From an uncultured Methanoregulaceae archaeon (lineage in GTDB: Archaea; Halobacteriota; Methanomicrobia; Methanomicrobiales; Methanospirillaceae), in contig CAWJAX010000003.1 in the NCBI GenBank assembly GCA_963841015.1, forward strand, positions 736,001-800,000: a stretch of DNA of 64,000 nt, read 5' to 3'. Positions 61,750 through 64,000 of the stretch are shown here, in pieces. The stretch's first letter is position 1. The number at the start of each line of letters is the position of its first letter. Both the position numbers and the translations under genes were made by a program. A model generated the notes under the pieces. The model had not been told where the DNA came from and ran no database searches. It saw only the letters and a program-made list of their open reading frames with translations.

Positions 61750-62477
61750 TACCTGTTGATCACCCCCGCTATCGCTCGCTTGTTACCCGTGAACGTTTGG
61801 CGGATTGTGCAAAAAAGGGAATTGTTGCATGGGAGGGGCTCACCGCCCATGGGCGTGGGGAAGCATTTGATTATATCATTGGAGAGAGGACTACCGGAAG
61901 TGCCCTGATGGCCGAGAGGACGGCCGCCGCAATGCTCCTGATGGCAAACCACCCGGTCATCTCGGTGAACGGCAATACTGCGGCACTTGCAGCGCATGAA
62001 ATTTCTGCATTGCAAAAGGCATGCGGAGCCTGCGTTGAGGTGAACCTTTTCCACCGGACAGAGGCACGTGTGATCATGATAGAGGACCTTCTCCGTGAAG
62101 CAGGAGTCGATGTGTTCTCTGGCGACGCGGAGCAGTTACTGCCACTTTCCCATGACCGGGCCTGGTGCCGGCGTGAGGGCATGTTCTCTGCGGATGTCGT
62201 ACTGGTACCTCTTGAGGATGGAGACCGATGTGAAGCTCTTGTCGCCATGGGAAAGACGGTGATTGCTATTGATCTCAACCCTCTCTCACGTACCGCTCGA
62301 TCTGCAACCCTGACTATCGTTGACGAACTCACTCGTGCACTTCCCCAGATAACCTACGCCTGCAGAGAGATTTCTGAGCCGGAAAAAAAGAGTCTCATCA
62401 GTTCGGTTGACAATCATTATCTTTTGTCAGAAGCAATACGTGAGATGACTGATAGGTTGTCCCATGCTCTGGATTGA
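61746..62477 (+). CDS. pps: 4-phosphopantoate--beta-alanine ligase
   Basis: HPRYRSL, AHGRGEAFDY, VPLEDGDR and IDLNPLSRT motifs. Confidence 0.95.
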   Translation: MIPVDHPRYRSLVTRERLADCAKKGIVAWEGLTAHGRGEAFDYIIGERTTGSALMAERTAAAMLLMANHPVISVNGNTAALAAHEISALQKACGACVEVNLFHRTEARVIMIEDLLREAGVDVFSGDAEQLLPLSHDRAWCRREGMFSADVVLVPLEDGDRCEALVAMGKTVIAIDLNPLSRTARSATLTIVDELTRALPQITYACREISEPEKKSLISSVDNHYLLSEAIREMTDRLSHALD

Positions 62478-63459
62478 GAAATACCACCCAAAAAAACTTA
62501 CCGACATCCTCGGGCAGGATCCGGCAATCCGGCACCTTTCCTCCTTTGCTGCATCCAAAAGCGTTCCCCACCTGATTCTTTCCGGACCGCATGGGACCGG
62601 GAAAAGTGCGGCGATTGAATGCTTCGCCAGGATGCTGTATGAGGAAAACTGGGAATTAAATACCTCGGTTTTCCAGACAGCTGACCTCTTTTTACAGGGA
62701 AAAGCGTACCTTGAACAGGACGATCGATATGCCCATCTCTACCAGAAAAACCAGTCCCTGATTACCAATTTTAAGTATATTGTAAAGTGGTATGCTTCAC
62801 TCCGTCCGCTTGATACGGAATTCAAACTGATGGTTTTTGAAGATGCCCATGCACTTACCAAGGACGCCCAGCAGGCGTTGCGGAGGATTATGGAGCGTAC
62901 AAGCACAACCTCCCGGTTTATCTTTTCAACAACGAACCAGAGTGCTCTCATCCCTCCTGTCACATCCCGCTGCCTTCCACTCTTCTTTTTGCCTGTGGAC
63001 GAGAATGTCCTGCTCAGCCATCTGCGAACGATCAGAGAAAGGGAAAATTCAGGAAGGCATTCCTGTTCTGATGATGATCTTGACCTGATCGCACAGGTAG
63101 CCCGTGGAGATATGCGCCGGGCAATCCTGCTTCTTCAGGTTGCTCTTGAAGCAGGACGTTGCCAGGATCTCTTTGCAATTGCCCAGTCAGAAACAGCAAA
63201 CGTAACCGCATCTGCCATTGAGGCTCTCAAAAAAGGAGATGTTCGTAATGCAATCCGCCGATTTGAGGCCCTGATGATTGACTACGGACTTACCGGCAGT
63301 GAAGTCTTCTCTGAAATTCGTACCATAATGCAGCGGGAGTATAATGATCCCGCTCTTGCTATAGCGCTTGCTGATGCCGAGTTCCGTATACATCATGGAA
63401 ATAACGAATTTGTCCATGTTGGAGCATTTGTCTCCGGAATCCGTGAGGTCTTCACATGA
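62464..63459 (+). CDS. Second RFC small-subunit paralogue
   Basis: WIEKYHP, GPHGTGKS, AQQALRRIME, SRC and GDMRRA motifs; divergent Walker B EDAH. Confidence 0.9.
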   Translation: MLWIEKYHPKKLTDILGQDPAIRHLSSFAASKSVPHLILSGPHGTGKSAAIECFARMLYEENWELNTSVFQTADLFLQGKAYLEQDDRYAHLYQKNQSLITNFKYIVKWYASLRPLDTEFKLMVFEDAHALTKDAQQALRRIMERTSTTSRFIFSTTNQSALIPPVTSRCLPLFFLPVDENVLLSHLRTIRERENSGRHSCSDDDLDLIAQVARGDMRRAILLLQVALEAGRCQDLFAIAQSETANVTASAIEALKKGDVRNAIRRFEALMIDYGLTGSEVFSEIRTIMQREYNDPALAIALADAEFRIHHGNNEFVHVGAFVSGIREVFT

Positions 63460-64000
63460 GGGGTTCCGGGCAGAAGAAAATCCAGGAGCATTACGATAAC
63501 GTTGCCGATACCTATGATCACCATTATGACAAGCCACGGGGACGATGCTATCATACCCATATAAGCTCCTCTATCATGAGTGCACTCCCAAAAGGCGGAA
63601 AACTCCTTGATATCGGGTGTGGGACAGGCCTCTTTGTTGAGAGATATCTTGATTCCGGTGGTAGTGCCATAGGACTTGATATCAGCAGCAAAATGATCGA
63701 AAAGGCACGATACCGGTGCACAGCGTGTGATTACGCCCTCGGGACCGGTGAAAGAATCCCATTTTGTGATAATTCATTTGATGCGGTTTCCAGTCTGCTT
63801 GTATTCAGTTATATTAAAGATCCCGAAACGATGTTGAACGAATCATACCGGGTCTTAAAGCCCGGGGGTAAAATCGCAATCTGCACGCTCGGAAAGAAAC
63901 TCCTTACCCGGGGAATCCCGGCCATTTACCAGATCAGCGAAAAAATGAACGTAAACCATGTCGTTATGAAGGATTTCGGGGAGCACTATTATGACCGGAA
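63456..64000 (+). CDS. Class I SAM-dependent methyltransferase (runs off the window end)
   Basis: Manual translation MRGSGQKKIQEHYDNVADTYD...LLDIGCGTG...GLDISSKMI...RVLKPGG. Confidence 0.88.
   Translation, partial: MRGSGQKKIQEHYDNVADTYDHHYDKPRGRCYHTHISSSIMSALPKGGKLLDIGCGTGLFVERYLDSGGSAIGLDISSKMIEKARYRCTACDYALGTGERIPFCDNSFDAVSSLLVFSYIKDPETMLNESYRVLKPGGKIAICTLGKKLLTRGIPAIYQISEKMNVNHVVMKDFGEHYYDR

Overview
This is an archaeal chromosomal window. The genes and their order point to a Methanomicrobiales methanogen, probably Methanoregula-like (inferred from protein families, not from a database search). Most of it is housekeeping: a translation/RNA-modification cluster (rnp4, yhbY, rps19e, PDCD5, rpl39e, rpl31e, eIF6, rplX, pfdA, ftsY, srp54, trmY, pus10, rpl21e, rpo4, rsmA), replication genes (RFC-S x2, MCM), TBP, Lhr helicase, CoA biosynthesis (coaBC, pok, pps), cobQ, hisI, and tRNA-Arg(GCG) and tRNA-Leu(CAG). 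About 15 single-base indels break essential genes and a tRNA; these look like long-read assembly errors rather than biology. Five features stand out. (1) An 11.5-kb type IV pilus-machinery locus (PilB, 2x PilC, prepilin peptidase) encloses a putative spatial-signalling module of roadblock, DUF2226-like, MinD and double-V4R proteins, with no small GTPase and no pilin. (2) An acyl-CoA synthetase carries an N-terminal ribbon-helix-helix domain and has an inverted repeat just upstream (PutA-like autoregulation hypothesis). (3) A 2.4-kb insertion splits rplX from pfdA and holds a nuclease-fold-like ORF and a ~250-bp non-coding tandem repeat. (4) A GC-rich structured ncRNA candidate lies after aIF1. 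(5) Two small TPR proteins both end in LYCGR.
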